From NCBI GenBank assembly GCA_963663235.2, contig CAXXNO010000001.1:53762-117761 (forward strand): 64,000 bases of DNA. Reading direction: 5' to 3'. The DNA comes from Dehalococcoidia bacterium (GTDB lineage: Bacteria > Chloroflexota > Dehalococcoidia > Bin125). A model generated the notes under the pieces. The model did no database searches and was not told the DNA's origin. It was given only the letters and a program-made list of their open reading frames with translations. Both the position numbers and the translations under genes were made by a program. Each line of letters opens with the position of its first letter. Within the stretch, counting starts at the first letter, position 1. Shown one piece after another: positions 55,862 to 64,000 of the stretch.

Positions 55862-56018
55862 GTGGGGCACGCCTACCCGCAGGCGACCGACTGGCACACG
55901 CGGCGTCCAGCGCTCGCGGCGCTCAACGCCTGAAGCGCCGCTCCCCGCGACCGCTCACCTGTTACGGCTGCAAGCGCCGTCGCGTCTCGCGAGCGCAGAC
56001 GATGCGTGGATCGTGTGG
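55862..56018 (+). repeat. Repeat copy B (stranded amidase 3' end plus hairpin element)
   Basis: Encodes [23 protein letters not shown]-stop with no upstream amidase body. Confidence 0.9.
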
Positions 56019-56091
56019 GCGGAGTCCGGCCGCCTTTGGCGCAGACCTCGGCGCCGTACGCGCACCGGGTTCGGGCGGCTCCCCGTCGGTT

Positions 56092-57012
56092 TCAGATCTC
56101 AAGTTCTTCCGCGGGGTTGAATTCGATGAACTCCTCTGCGACGACGATCGGCTCGATCTTCGTCGCGCCGCGCTGGCGCAGGTCTTCGAGGATTGGCTCC
56201 ATCAATTCCTCCGGCGCGGAGGCGCCCGACGTCAAGCCGACAATCTCCACGCCCTCGTACCATGACGGATCGATGTCCGCGATCCCATCCACCCGGTACG
56301 CGGTGGTCCCGCTACGGCGGGCGACCTCGACGAGCCGGAGCGTGTTGCTGGAGTTCTGGGAGCCGACGACAATCACGAGTTCGGCACGCTCCGCGATCGC
56401 CTTGACCGCCGCCTGCCGGTTGGTGGTCGCGTAGCAGATGTCGTTGCGGACTTGGGCGTCCCCGAACCGTCGCCGGATCGCCGCGACCGTGTCCGCCGTG
56501 TCTTCGACGGACAGCGTTGTTTGCGTGACGACGAGCACGGGCCTCTCTCCGTCCGGCAAGCGGGCGACATCCTCGGGGGTGTCGACGACCGTTGTCGCCT
56601 CTGGCGCCACCCCCTTCGTTCCCTCAACTTCATCGTGCCCCTCGTGACCGACGAGAACGACTTGGTAGCCGTCCTTGGCGGCTTTGATCGCTTCGAGGTG
56701 CACCCGCGTCACGAGCGGACAGGTCGCGTCGATCACGCGGAGCCGCCTCCGGCGCGCCGTCGCCAGCTCTTGGGGTGAGACGCCGTGCGCGCTGATGACC
56801 ACCAGGGAATCCGTCGGAACGTCGTCCAGCGAATCAACGAACCGTGCCCCGCGCCGCTCAAAGCGCTCGACAACATAGCGGTTGTGCACGATCTCGTGGA
56901 AGACGTACACGGGAGGCGATTCTCGGTCCAGAATGAGATCGAGCGCATCGATGGCGCGGACCACCCCCGCGCAGAAGCCACGAGGTTGCGCCAATAAAAC
57001 AGTGTGCGGCAT
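56092..57012 (-). CDS. ispH: 4-hydroxy-3-methylbut-2-enyl diphosphate reductase
   Basis: PRGFCAGV, IVHN, AHG, DATCPLV, HDEV, QTTLS, ICYATTNRQ, SSN and SGASAP motifs. Confidence 0.97.
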   Translation of the reverse strand: MPHTVLLAQPRGFCAGVVRAIDALDLILDRESPPVYVFHEIVHNRYVVERFERRGARFVDSLDDVPTDSLVVISAHGVSPQELATARRRRLRVIDATCPLVTRVHLEAIKAAKDGYQVVLVGHEGHDEVEGTKGVAPEATTVVDTPEDVARLPDGERPVLVVTQTTLSVEDTADTVAAIRRRFGDAQVRNDICYATTNRQAAVKAIAERAELVIVVGSQNSSNTLRLVEVARRSGTTAYRVDGIADIDPSWYEGVEIVGLTSGASAPEELMEPILEDLRQRGATKIEPIVVAEEFIEFNPAEELEI

Positions 57013-57309
57013 GTGCGATCTCCGCCCCTCGCCGGAGTCGGGCTGCGGACCAGCCCAGCGTCATCATAGAGCCATCGCGCCGGGGGCGATGCGGTCCCTG
57101 TCGAGGCCAGGCACAGCGCGCAGTACGTCCAGTCGCGCCTGCCGCCGGCCGGTCAGGGTACGGGGCGAGCCGCCTCGTCTCTGCCTCCACGGTCGAAACG
57201 CGCTGAGATGCTCCACCGGGCAAGGCGCTCGCTCGGCGGTGCGGCGCGGGAGACTGTCTTCCGGGCGAGCCCCCGCGATCTCGTCACTGTGCGGGCGCCG
57301 AAATGTCTG

Positions 57310-57726
57310 CTACCCGCGGTAGCGGACGATTTCAACCTCATTGCCATCGGGATCGTCAACGTAGAACGCCTCGACCGCCATGAACGGATGCTCCCCTTCA
57401 CGAGTCGCGAGGCCGAGATCGACGAGCGTCCGGCGGAGCGTGTCGTAGTCGTCGCTCGCCACTTCGAGCCCGATATGATGGAGCACGCGCTCGCTGCGGT
57501 CCACGCCCGCGCGCTGCACTCCCGTTGGCCGCGGCACGAGGACGATCTGCTGCGGAACGCCACGTGCCCCGCCGGCCCCACCTTGCTCCCCCACCTGGAG
57601 GAACTTGCCGGGCAGGTGGGGCGGCGAGAAGAGCTGCAGTCCCAGAGTATCCCGGTAGAACGCAATCGCACGATCCATGTCGTCTACGAACAACACGATC
57701 TCAGCGAGACTGCGAAACTTCGCCAC
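57310..57726 (-). CDS. VOC/glyoxalase family protein
   Basis: VDDMDRAIAFYRDTLGL, HHIGL and YVDDPDGNEVEI motifs; GTG follows GGGAGG. Confidence 0.9.
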   Translation of the reverse strand: MAKFRSLAEIVLFVDDMDRAIAFYRDTLGLQLFSPPHLPGKFLQVGEQGGAGGARGVPQQIVLVPRPTGVQRAGVDRSERVLHHIGLEVASDDYDTLRRTLVDLGLATREGEHPFMAVEAFYVDDPDGNEVEIVRYRG

Positions 57727-57945
57727 TGTTCGCCTCCCATCATTTGCGGCGCTTTCGGGGACGGCATCCCTCAACGCGGTCGGGGCCTGTCCCCAGTCTT
57801 TGTACCACTTACGCGAGCCACGCCGTGCCCTACCGGCGCAGAAAGAGGCGGCGCTGGCTTCCCCCGTCGGTCGAGCCGCCGGGGAGCGCAGAGCGCCGGG
57901 GTGACCCCGCCCACGCCCATCGCTTCCGGCCGCCGGCGACGTCCA

Positions 57946-59019
57946 TCAAGAGAAAACCGCGGTGATCGGCTGGGATGCCGCCAGCGACTCTTCGCGGTAG
58001 AGGCCCAGTGCCTGGAGCACGGGCGCATCGTTGATAGAGAAGAGGTCACTCGGTTCGTGCGCCGTGTGGTCGACCGCGACCCACGACGGGACGACGAGCA
58101 TGTCGCCGGCGCTCCAGTCGAATCGCTGGCCATCCATCACCGTGGAGCCCGATCCGCTGTAGACCACCCAGACGCTGCTGCCTGTCCGCCGCACGGAGGC
58201 GGTGCGCTGCGCCGGGCGGAGTCGGTGCATGTGGCATCCCATGGTCGGGAGTGCCGGGCGGCTGGTGGTGGGGTCGACGAACTCGATCGTCACCATCGGA
58301 TCGCCGCGCTCTTCCAGCAGCCCGGACAGCGAGGCGTCGGTGTCCGCCCAGCGGTACACGAGCAGCGGCGAGTGGCGACGGCCAGGGTCCGGCGTGCCCA
58401 GCGGCAGCAGGCCCGGGGCGCCGTACAAGCGCTGCGAGCGATTGTGTTGCCCTTCGACCGGCTGCAGCAACTCGTCCGGGTAGTTCTCGAAGAACATGGC
58501 GTCGAGCATGGAGACGAGCGGGATGTCCAGCCCGTCGAACCAGATCATGGGCGCATCGCTGCCGCTGTTGTGGTCGTGCCAGGTCCAGTTGGGCGTGAGC
58601 ACCAGGTCGCCGGGGGCCATGTCGCAGGCGTCACCATTGATCGTGGTCCACACGCCGCTCCCTTCCAGGACAAACCGGATCGCGCCGGGCGAGTGGCGAT
58701 GCGCGGGCGCCGACTCCCCGGCGTTGAGGTACTGCACCGCTCCCCACAGCGTGGGACTGGCGAACGGCTTGCCGTCCAAGCCGGGGTTCGCCAGCGACAG
58801 GACCCGACGATCGCCTCCGCGCGCGATCGTGATCAACTCGCCCGCGCGCTGGGCCAACGGCTTGAGAGTTTCCCAGCGCCAGAGCCAGGGGACCGCCGCC
58901 GGCGTGGGCGCGCGCGGCATGAGGTCCATGCTCTGCGGCCAGAGCGGCTGGAGCTTGCTCTTGGCCAGGTCGGCATAGAACTGTTCCAACGCGGTGTCGA
59001 TATCGGAGCCCGTCATCAC
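57946..59019 (-). CDS. Gentisate 1,2-dioxygenase-like bicupin
   Basis: RRVLSLANPG, APAHRHSPGAIRF, LTPNWTWHDH and WFDGLDIP motifs. Confidence 0.92.
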   Translation of the reverse strand: MMTGSDIDTALEQFYADLAKSKLQPLWPQSMDLMPRAPTPAAVPWLWRWETLKPLAQRAGELITIARGGDRRVLSLANPGLDGKPFASPTLWGAVQYLNAGESAPAHRHSPGAIRFVLEGSGVWTTINGDACDMAPGDLVLTPNWTWHDHNSGSDAPMIWFDGLDIPLVSMLDAMFFENYPDELLQPVEGQHNRSQRLYGAPGLLPLGTPDPGRRHSPLLVYRWADTDASLSGLLEERGDPMVTIEFVDPTTSRPALPTMGCHMHRLRPAQRTASVRRTGSSVWVVYSGSGSTVMDGQRFDWSAGDMLVVPSWVAVDHTAHEPSDLFSINDAPVLQALGLYREESLAASQPITAVFS

Positions 59020-60665
59020 GATCCCTCCCCGCGTAACTTGTCGGCGATATCCTCGCGCAGCGCCGTCTTGCTAATCTTGCCGACGCTGGTGAGCGGAAAG
59101 ACGTTCACACATTCCAGCCGCTCGGGCAATTTGTATGTCGCCACGCCGCGGTCACGCAGGAAGGCTACCAGCTCCTCCAGCGCCAGCGTCGCGTCGTTGT
59201 GGAGCACGACGTAGGCGCAGGTGCGCTCCCCCAGCATCGGGTCCGGCATAGCGACCGCGGCCGCGTTCGATACAGCGGGATGCGCCAGGATCAGGTTCTC
59301 CACTTCCTCCGCTGAGATCTTCTCGCCGCCCCGATTGATCATGTCCTTGGTGCGTCCCTCGACCACGAGATGGCCCGACGGCAACAAGCGCACGACGTCG
59401 CCGGTGCGGTAGAAGCCGTCGCGGGTGAACGCCTTGGCATTGTGCTCGGCGGCCCGGTAATAGCCGCGGAGGGTGTACGGGCCGCGGGTGAGCAGCTCCC
59501 CCGGCTCCCCCTCCGGAAGCGGCCGGTCGTTGGCGTCGACCACGCGGAGCTCGTCGGCGGGCGACATCGGTCGGCCCTGGGTCTCCACGATTAGATCCTC
59601 GGGGTCGTCGAGTCGGGTGTAATTGAGCAAGCCTTCCGCCATCCCGAACACCTGCTGAAGCGCGCAGCCGAGGGTCGGCCGCACCCGTCGGGCCACCTCC
59701 GGGTTGAGTCGTGCCCCGCCGACTTGGAGCAACCGCAGGCTGGAGAGGTCGAAGCGCTCGCGCTCGGGTGCCTCCATCCAGCGGATGGCCAGGGTCGGCA
59801 CGAGCGCCGTGGTCGTCACCCGCTCCCGCTCGATGATGGGAAAGGCAGTGGGGGCGTTGGGGTTGGCGGTCAACACCACCCGGCCACCCACGTTGAGGGT
59901 GCCGAGGACTCCCGGGCAGCCCAAGGGAAAATTGTGCGCGATGGGCAAGGCAACCAGGTAGGTGGTCTCCGCATCGAAGCCGCACACCATGGCCGCCTGA
60001 CGCACGTTATAGACGTAGTCCTCGTGACTGCGCGGGATCAGCTTGGGAACTCCGGTGGTGCCGCCGGAGAGCAGGAACAGCGCCACCTCGGAGGGCTCCA
60101 CGACGAGCTCCGCGACCGCCGCCCCGGCGTCACGCTCGATCGGCCGCTGGAGGAGCGCCTCGAGTTGGACAAACTCGTTCCCTTCGTAGTCCCCGGCAAC
60201 CAGGACGTGGCGCAGCGCAGGGATGGACTCGCGCAGGCTGCGGGCCAAGGCCAGACAGTCGAAGCGTCCGAACGCGGACGGGGTCACGTAGGCGACCGCC
60301 TGAGAGAACTCGCACAGGTAGCGGATCTCGTGCTCCCGATGTGCCGGCATCGCGAGCACCGGGAGTGCGCCGATGCGGAACAGCGCGAAGCAGAGCACCA
60401 CGAACTCCGGCACGTTCGGCAGGTGCACCACCACACGGTCGAGCGGCCGAATCTTGAGCCTGAGGAGCTGCGCCGCCAGGCCGTCGGCGGCCGCGTCCAA
60501 CTCGTCGTAGCTCAGCCGCTTCTCATCGTGGATCAGCGCCGTGCGGTCGCCATACTGTGAGGCCCAAGCGCGCGGCAGGCCTCCCAGGGTCACTCCCTGC
60601 CAGTAGCCCTCGCGGCGGTAGCGCTCGGCAAACTCCTCGGGCCAGGGAACGCACCCATCCAACAT
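59016..60665 (-). CDS. Aryl (salicylate/2,3-dihydroxybenzoate)-AMP/CoA ligase, DhbE/SdgA-like
   Basis: LSGGTTGVPKLIPR, HNFPLGCPG, QQVFGMAEGL, YRTGD and RGGEKI motifs. Confidence 0.92.
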   Translation of the reverse strand: MLDGCVPWPEEFAERYRREGYWQGVTLGGLPRAWASQYGDRTALIHDEKRLSYDELDAAADGLAAQLLRLKIRPLDRVVVHLPNVPEFVVLCFALFRIGALPVLAMPAHREHEIRYLCEFSQAVAYVTPSAFGRFDCLALARSLRESIPALRHVLVAGDYEGNEFVQLEALLQRPIERDAGAAVAELVVEPSEVALFLLSGGTTGVPKLIPRSHEDYVYNVRQAAMVCGFDAETTYLVALPIAHNFPLGCPGVLGTLNVGGRVVLTANPNAPTAFPIIERERVTTTALVPTLAIRWMEAPERERFDLSSLRLLQVGGARLNPEVARRVRPTLGCALQQVFGMAEGLLNYTRLDDPEDLIVETQGRPMSPADELRVVDANDRPLPEGEPGELLTRGPYTLRGYYRAAEHNAKAFTRDGFYRTGDVVRLLPSGHLVVEGRTKDMINRGGEKISAEEVENLILAHPAVSNAAAVAMPDPMLGERTCAYVVLHNDATLALEELVAFLRDRGVATYKLPERLECVNVFPLTSVGKISKTALREDIADKLRGEGS

Positions 60666-60728
60666 CGCTGCCGCCTCCGACGCTCTCCGTGCAGCGCAGC
60701 ACGCCGATCCTAGGCGTGCTCCCGATCC

Positions 60729-62678
60729 TTAGCCAGGGCGCGATGGCGCCGGCAAGGCTCCCACACTGCACACGTCCGCCCGGCCCGACAGCACCGCGGT
60801 GTTCGCTTGCGCTTCTCCCATCGTGCCCCCGACCAGCATCGTCGGGAGACGGATCTCCCGGCGCACCCGCTCGCTGATCAGCAGCAGCCGCCAGCCGCCC
60901 TCGCCCACCACCGCCTCCGGCGCGTCTTCCTCGACCGACAGCGCCAGCAGGTCACAGCCGTGCGCCTTCAGCTCCTTCGCCATCGTCAGGTAGACCATCT
61001 CCTCGACCAGTCGCCCTTGGGTGACCAGGGGCAGTTCCGCAATCACCACGGTGTTCTCCGTCGGCCAGGCCGCGCGCGCGGCGTCAAAGAGCTCGAGCAA
61101 AGCGGAGGCGCGCTCTGCGCTTGGAAAGACCAGCCGCAGCGCGTCGAACCGCGCCGCGCCCGCCCGCACAGCCGCCTGCCGGTAGGCGTCGACAAGAGCG
61201 CGCTGCTCCGCTGGCTTGGGTGGGAGCACAGCCGGGAGAGCAAAGGTCGCTCCGATCTTGGCCACGGACGTCGCATGCACCTCAGTCGTGAGGTGGCGCC
61301 ACGCCTCCGTATTGTCGGGGCGCCCAGCCACGGGAAGCGGAGCGGTCAGGAGCAGGCCCGTCCCGGCGCGGGCATGGTCGACGAGCTGCCCCCTCATGGC
61401 ATCGTCGTCTGCAGTTGCCGCGAAGGCCGACCGATTCGGCAGCGTCAGGCGACCAAGGGTGAGCGGCGTCGAGAGGGGCGAGAAGGAGCCGGCCTGCTCG
61501 GAATCGCCCGCCTGGGCGTTCTTTTGGTGCCACCACGATCGGAGCTCGCCGATCAGGCCGGGATCGCGCTCGTTCAGTTTGCGCAGGGTGACTCTCGGGG
61601 TCCGCGTAAGAAAGTGAAAGATGAACGGCTCCGGCTCCATCCGCATGTGCGACCGGTAGCGCTCCCACCACAGCAGGCTGGGCGCGGCGGCCTCCTGGAT
61701 CCGCTCCACCGCTGGACGCCGCCGCTCCTCATAGGCCTCCAGCGACCCCTCGATCTCCGCGCTATCCTGCAGCGCCTGGTTCAGCGCGCTGGCGTCCTCC
61801 ATCGCCATCGTGGTTCCCGATCCGACAGAGAAATGTGCGGTGTGCGCGGCGTCGCCCAACAGCACGACGTTGCCGTCGTGCCAGGTGGCGTTGCGTACCG
61901 TGCGAAAGCTCAGCCATTTGGAGTTGTTGCCCAGCAGTCGCTCACCCTCCAGGTGCGGGGCGAACAGCGCCTCCAGGTACTTCATGCTTGCGAGGTCACT
62001 GCGGCCCGGCGCCCGCACCTCGTCGACCGATCGATGCAGGCCTGCTGCACGCCACGACTTCTCGTCCGTTTCCACGAGGAACGTGCTGGTCCGGTCGTCG
62101 AAGGGGTAGGCGTGGACCGCGAAGACGCCGTGCTCGTTCTCGACAAAGACGAAGCGGAACGAATCGTAGCGCTTCGTGCTGCCGAACCAGATGAACTTGG
62201 CGCTGCCCACCTCTTCGCGGAAGCCGAACTCCCGCGTCACGCTCTGTCGCACAAGGCTGTTGGCGCCGTCGGCGCCCACGAGCAGGTCGTAATCGCCGAG
62301 TTGCGCCACATCCGTGACATCCCAGCGGAAGCGAAGGTCCACGCCAACGCTCTGTGCGCCTTGCTGGAGGATCTGGAGAAGACGTTGTCGAGAGATGGCG
62401 GCGAAGCCGTGTCCCACCGACCGCAGTCTCTTGCCGCGGTGCCATACCTCAATGGCGTCCCAGTGCACGGCGGCCTGGGCGACGGCGTGGGCGGTCTGGG
62501 GATCGCGCTCCGCGAAGCTTCGCATGGTGCCTTCGGAGAAAACCACGCCAAAGCCGAAGCTCGCGTCCGGGGGGTTGCGCTCCAGCACGGTCACTTCGTG
62601 CGCCGGATCGGCTCGCTTCACCAGTTGGGCGAAATACAGGCCCGCCGGCCCCCCGCCAACGATCCGGATCTTCACCAT
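60729..62678 (-). CDS. Salicylyl-CoA 5-hydroxylase-like FAD monooxygenase with a degenerate C-terminal OYE-like domain
   Basis: GGGPAGLY, FGFGVVFS, ADGANS, HAYPF and GDAAHTAHFSVGSGT motifs; shortened TIM-barrel remnant at the C-terminus. Confidence 0.88.
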   Translation of the reverse strand: MVKIRIVGGGPAGLYFAQLVKRADPAHEVTVLERNPPDASFGFGVVFSEGTMRSFAERDPQTAHAVAQAAVHWDAIEVWHRGKRLRSVGHGFAAISRQRLLQILQQGAQSVGVDLRFRWDVTDVAQLGDYDLLVGADGANSLVRQSVTREFGFREEVGSAKFIWFGSTKRYDSFRFVFVENEHGVFAVHAYPFDDRTSTFLVETDEKSWRAAGLHRSVDEVRAPGRSDLASMKYLEALFAPHLEGERLLGNNSKWLSFRTVRNATWHDGNVVLLGDAAHTAHFSVGSGTTMAMEDASALNQALQDSAEIEGSLEAYEERRRPAVERIQEAAAPSLLWWERYRSHMRMEPEPFIFHFLTRTPRVTLRKLNERDPGLIGELRSWWHQKNAQAGDSEQAGSFSPLSTPLTLGRLTLPNRSAFAATADDDAMRGQLVDHARAGTGLLLTAPLPVAGRPDNTEAWRHLTTEVHATSVAKIGATFALPAVLPPKPAEQRALVDAYRQAAVRAGAARFDALRLVFPSAERASALLELFDAARAAWPTENTVVIAELPLVTQGRLVEEMVYLTMAKELKAHGCDLLALSVEEDAPEAVVGEGGWRLLLISERVRREIRLPTMLVGGTMGEAQANTAVLSGRADVCSVGALPAPSRPG

Positions 62679-62829
62679 CGGCCTCGCATACACTCGCTCA
62701 TCGCGGTGCGATAGATGTAACAGTAGTGTGTTGGACACTGGGCCGGCCGATTCGACGACGTTCGGGGCTTCGGCTGGTCGGCAACTGGGGCACGATCCAG
62801 GAACAGCGAAGATGAGGCGGGAGATCGCG

Positions 62830-63771
62830 ATGCCGTCACCAACAACGCCGGACCCCATCCCGTTTGGCTTTGCCATCCCTCAGATCTTTCCCGGGCAGGC
62901 GATCGACCTGCCCTTGATCCGGCGGGCGTGCCAGCGCGCCGAGGCGCTCGGATTCGAGAGCTTATGGACGCTCGACCAAGTCCTGGGACGGGCTCCCAGC
63001 CTCGAAGCCCTCACCCTTCTCGCCCATGTCGCGGCGCTGACCACCAAGCCGCGCCTCGGCGTCTCCGTGATCGTCTTGCCGGAGCGGAATCCGCTCCCCC
63101 TCGCCAAGGCCTTGGCGACCATCGACGTCCTGAGCGGAGGCCGGCTCATCGTCGGAGTCGGCTTGGGCGCAGGCGGGCGAGAAGCGGCCCTTGGTCTCCC
63201 CGAGGGTGAGCGCGTGCGGCGCTTTGTGGAGGGCCTCGACGTGATGCGGGCGCTCTGGCGCGAGGCCAAGCCAACGTTTGCGGGGTCCCTCTACCGACTC
63301 TCCGATGTCGCGATGGAGCCCAAACCGGTCCAGCAGCCCGCGCCCCCGATCTGGTTCGGAGGACGGAGCGACGGCGCGCTGCGGCGGGCCGTGCAGCACG
63401 GCGACGGGTGGATGGGGGCGGGCTCCTCCAGCACGGACGAGTTTCGCGGCGGCGTGCAACGCATTCGACAGTTCCTGGAAGAGGCCGGCCGGGACCCGGC
63501 GACGTTCGCCATTTCCAAGCGGGTCTACGTGGCCATCGACGGCGATCGCCGGCGGGCCGAACGCCGCGTGGCCGACTGGTTCGGCCACCTCTACGGCGAT
63601 CCCACGATGGGTCCGCGGACCGCCGTCTACGGCCCGGCCGATGAGTGTTCCGCGCGGATCGACGAAGTCGTCGACGCCGGCGCGCAGCACATCCTGCTCA
63701 ACCCCATGTTCGATGTCGAGGAGCACCTCGAGGCGTTCGCCGGCTACGCGCAGGGGACCCGGCCGCGCTGA
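62830..63771 (+). CDS. LLM-class (luciferase-like, possibly F420-dependent) oxidoreductase
   Basis: AEALGFESLW, LAKALATIDVLSGGRL, PKPVQQPAPPIWFGG and GDGW motifs. Confidence 0.92.
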   Translation: MPSPTTPDPIPFGFAIPQIFPGQAIDLPLIRRACQRAEALGFESLWTLDQVLGRAPSLEALTLLAHVAALTTKPRLGVSVIVLPERNPLPLAKALATIDVLSGGRLIVGVGLGAGGREAALGLPEGERVRRFVEGLDVMRALWREAKPTFAGSLYRLSDVAMEPKPVQQPAPPIWFGGRSDGALRRAVQHGDGWMGAGSSSTDEFRGGVQRIRQFLEEAGRDPATFAISKRVYVAIDGDRRRAERRVADWFGHLYGDPTMGPRTAVYGPADECSARIDEVVDAGAQHILLNPMFDVEEHLEAFAGYAQGTRPR

Positions 63772-64000
63772 TCGGGCTTCCCAAACCGCGCGGCGTGACC
63801 TTCTCGGTCCCTCACGAGATCGCCACACACACCATCCGGTGATCGTGTGCGGGGCGATCGCCGGCGCTTCTCCTATCCACTGGGAGAACGGCTGGTCCAC
63901 TCACGATCTTCAATGGCCCGCGGGGGTCGAGATACCAATGAGCACGTAGTCGCAGTGCCGAGGGCTTGCCGCGAGATGCGACGTCAGACGAGCGTGATGA

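Noticed and set aside
42150-56018. Integron attC interpretation of the hairpin element
   Set aside because: No RYYYAAC...GTTRRRY ends, no one-site-per-gene arrangement and no integron integrase.
59016-60665. Siderophore/NRPS cluster suggested by the DhbE-like ligase
   Set aside because: No carrier protein, NRPS or isochorismate genes; the neighbours are ring-hydroxylating and ring-cleaving enzymes.
1-64000. Many long alternative-frame ORFs (e.g. 24465-26606, 27151-28920, 57208-59214, 60807-62714, 12359-13966)
   Set aside because: They are Arg/Pro/Gly-rich shadows of recognisable genes, expected at this GC content, and carry no motifs.

Overview
This is a very GC-rich (~70% by eye) bacterial chromosomal segment. 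Gene content (N-terminally extended GreA, greA-lysS, rsmD-coaD, paired CaiB/BaiF CoA-transferases, LLM/F420-type oxidoreductase) suggests an aerobic Chloroflexota/Dehalococcoidia-like organism; this is inference only. Core genes include a type A2 caa3-like cytochrome c oxidase and heme A operon, citrate synthase, two Gre factors, rsmG, tRNA-Ala(GGC), leuS, coaD/rsmD, lysS, serS and tRNA-Ser(TGA). Accessory material includes two secreted proteins sharing an unrecognised ~75-aa domain, vapBC, an MmeI-like type IIL restriction-modification enzyme, a SRAP/nitroreductase/NiSOD/hydantoinase B/protease/radical SAM block and a salicylyl-CoA-to-gentisate-type catabolic operon. The most unusual signals are four. 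(1) At four loci, cargo genes are bracketed by a duplicated end of a host gene (Kelch gene, NUDIX gene, 5' half of tRNA-Ser with arm-like repeats, amidase) with no integrase in view; one involves a ~90-bp hairpin element in three copies, one inverted. (2) One GreA is fused to an integrase core-binding-like domain and the other lacks the catalytic acidic pair. (3) The oxidase has non-standard subunits. (4) Two genes in the rsmD-coaD operon appear to use non-canonical start codons. No CRISPR array, rRNA, transposase or integrase was seen. Three single-base frameshifts, all in short homopolymer runs, suggest possible assembly errors. All identities were counted by eye.
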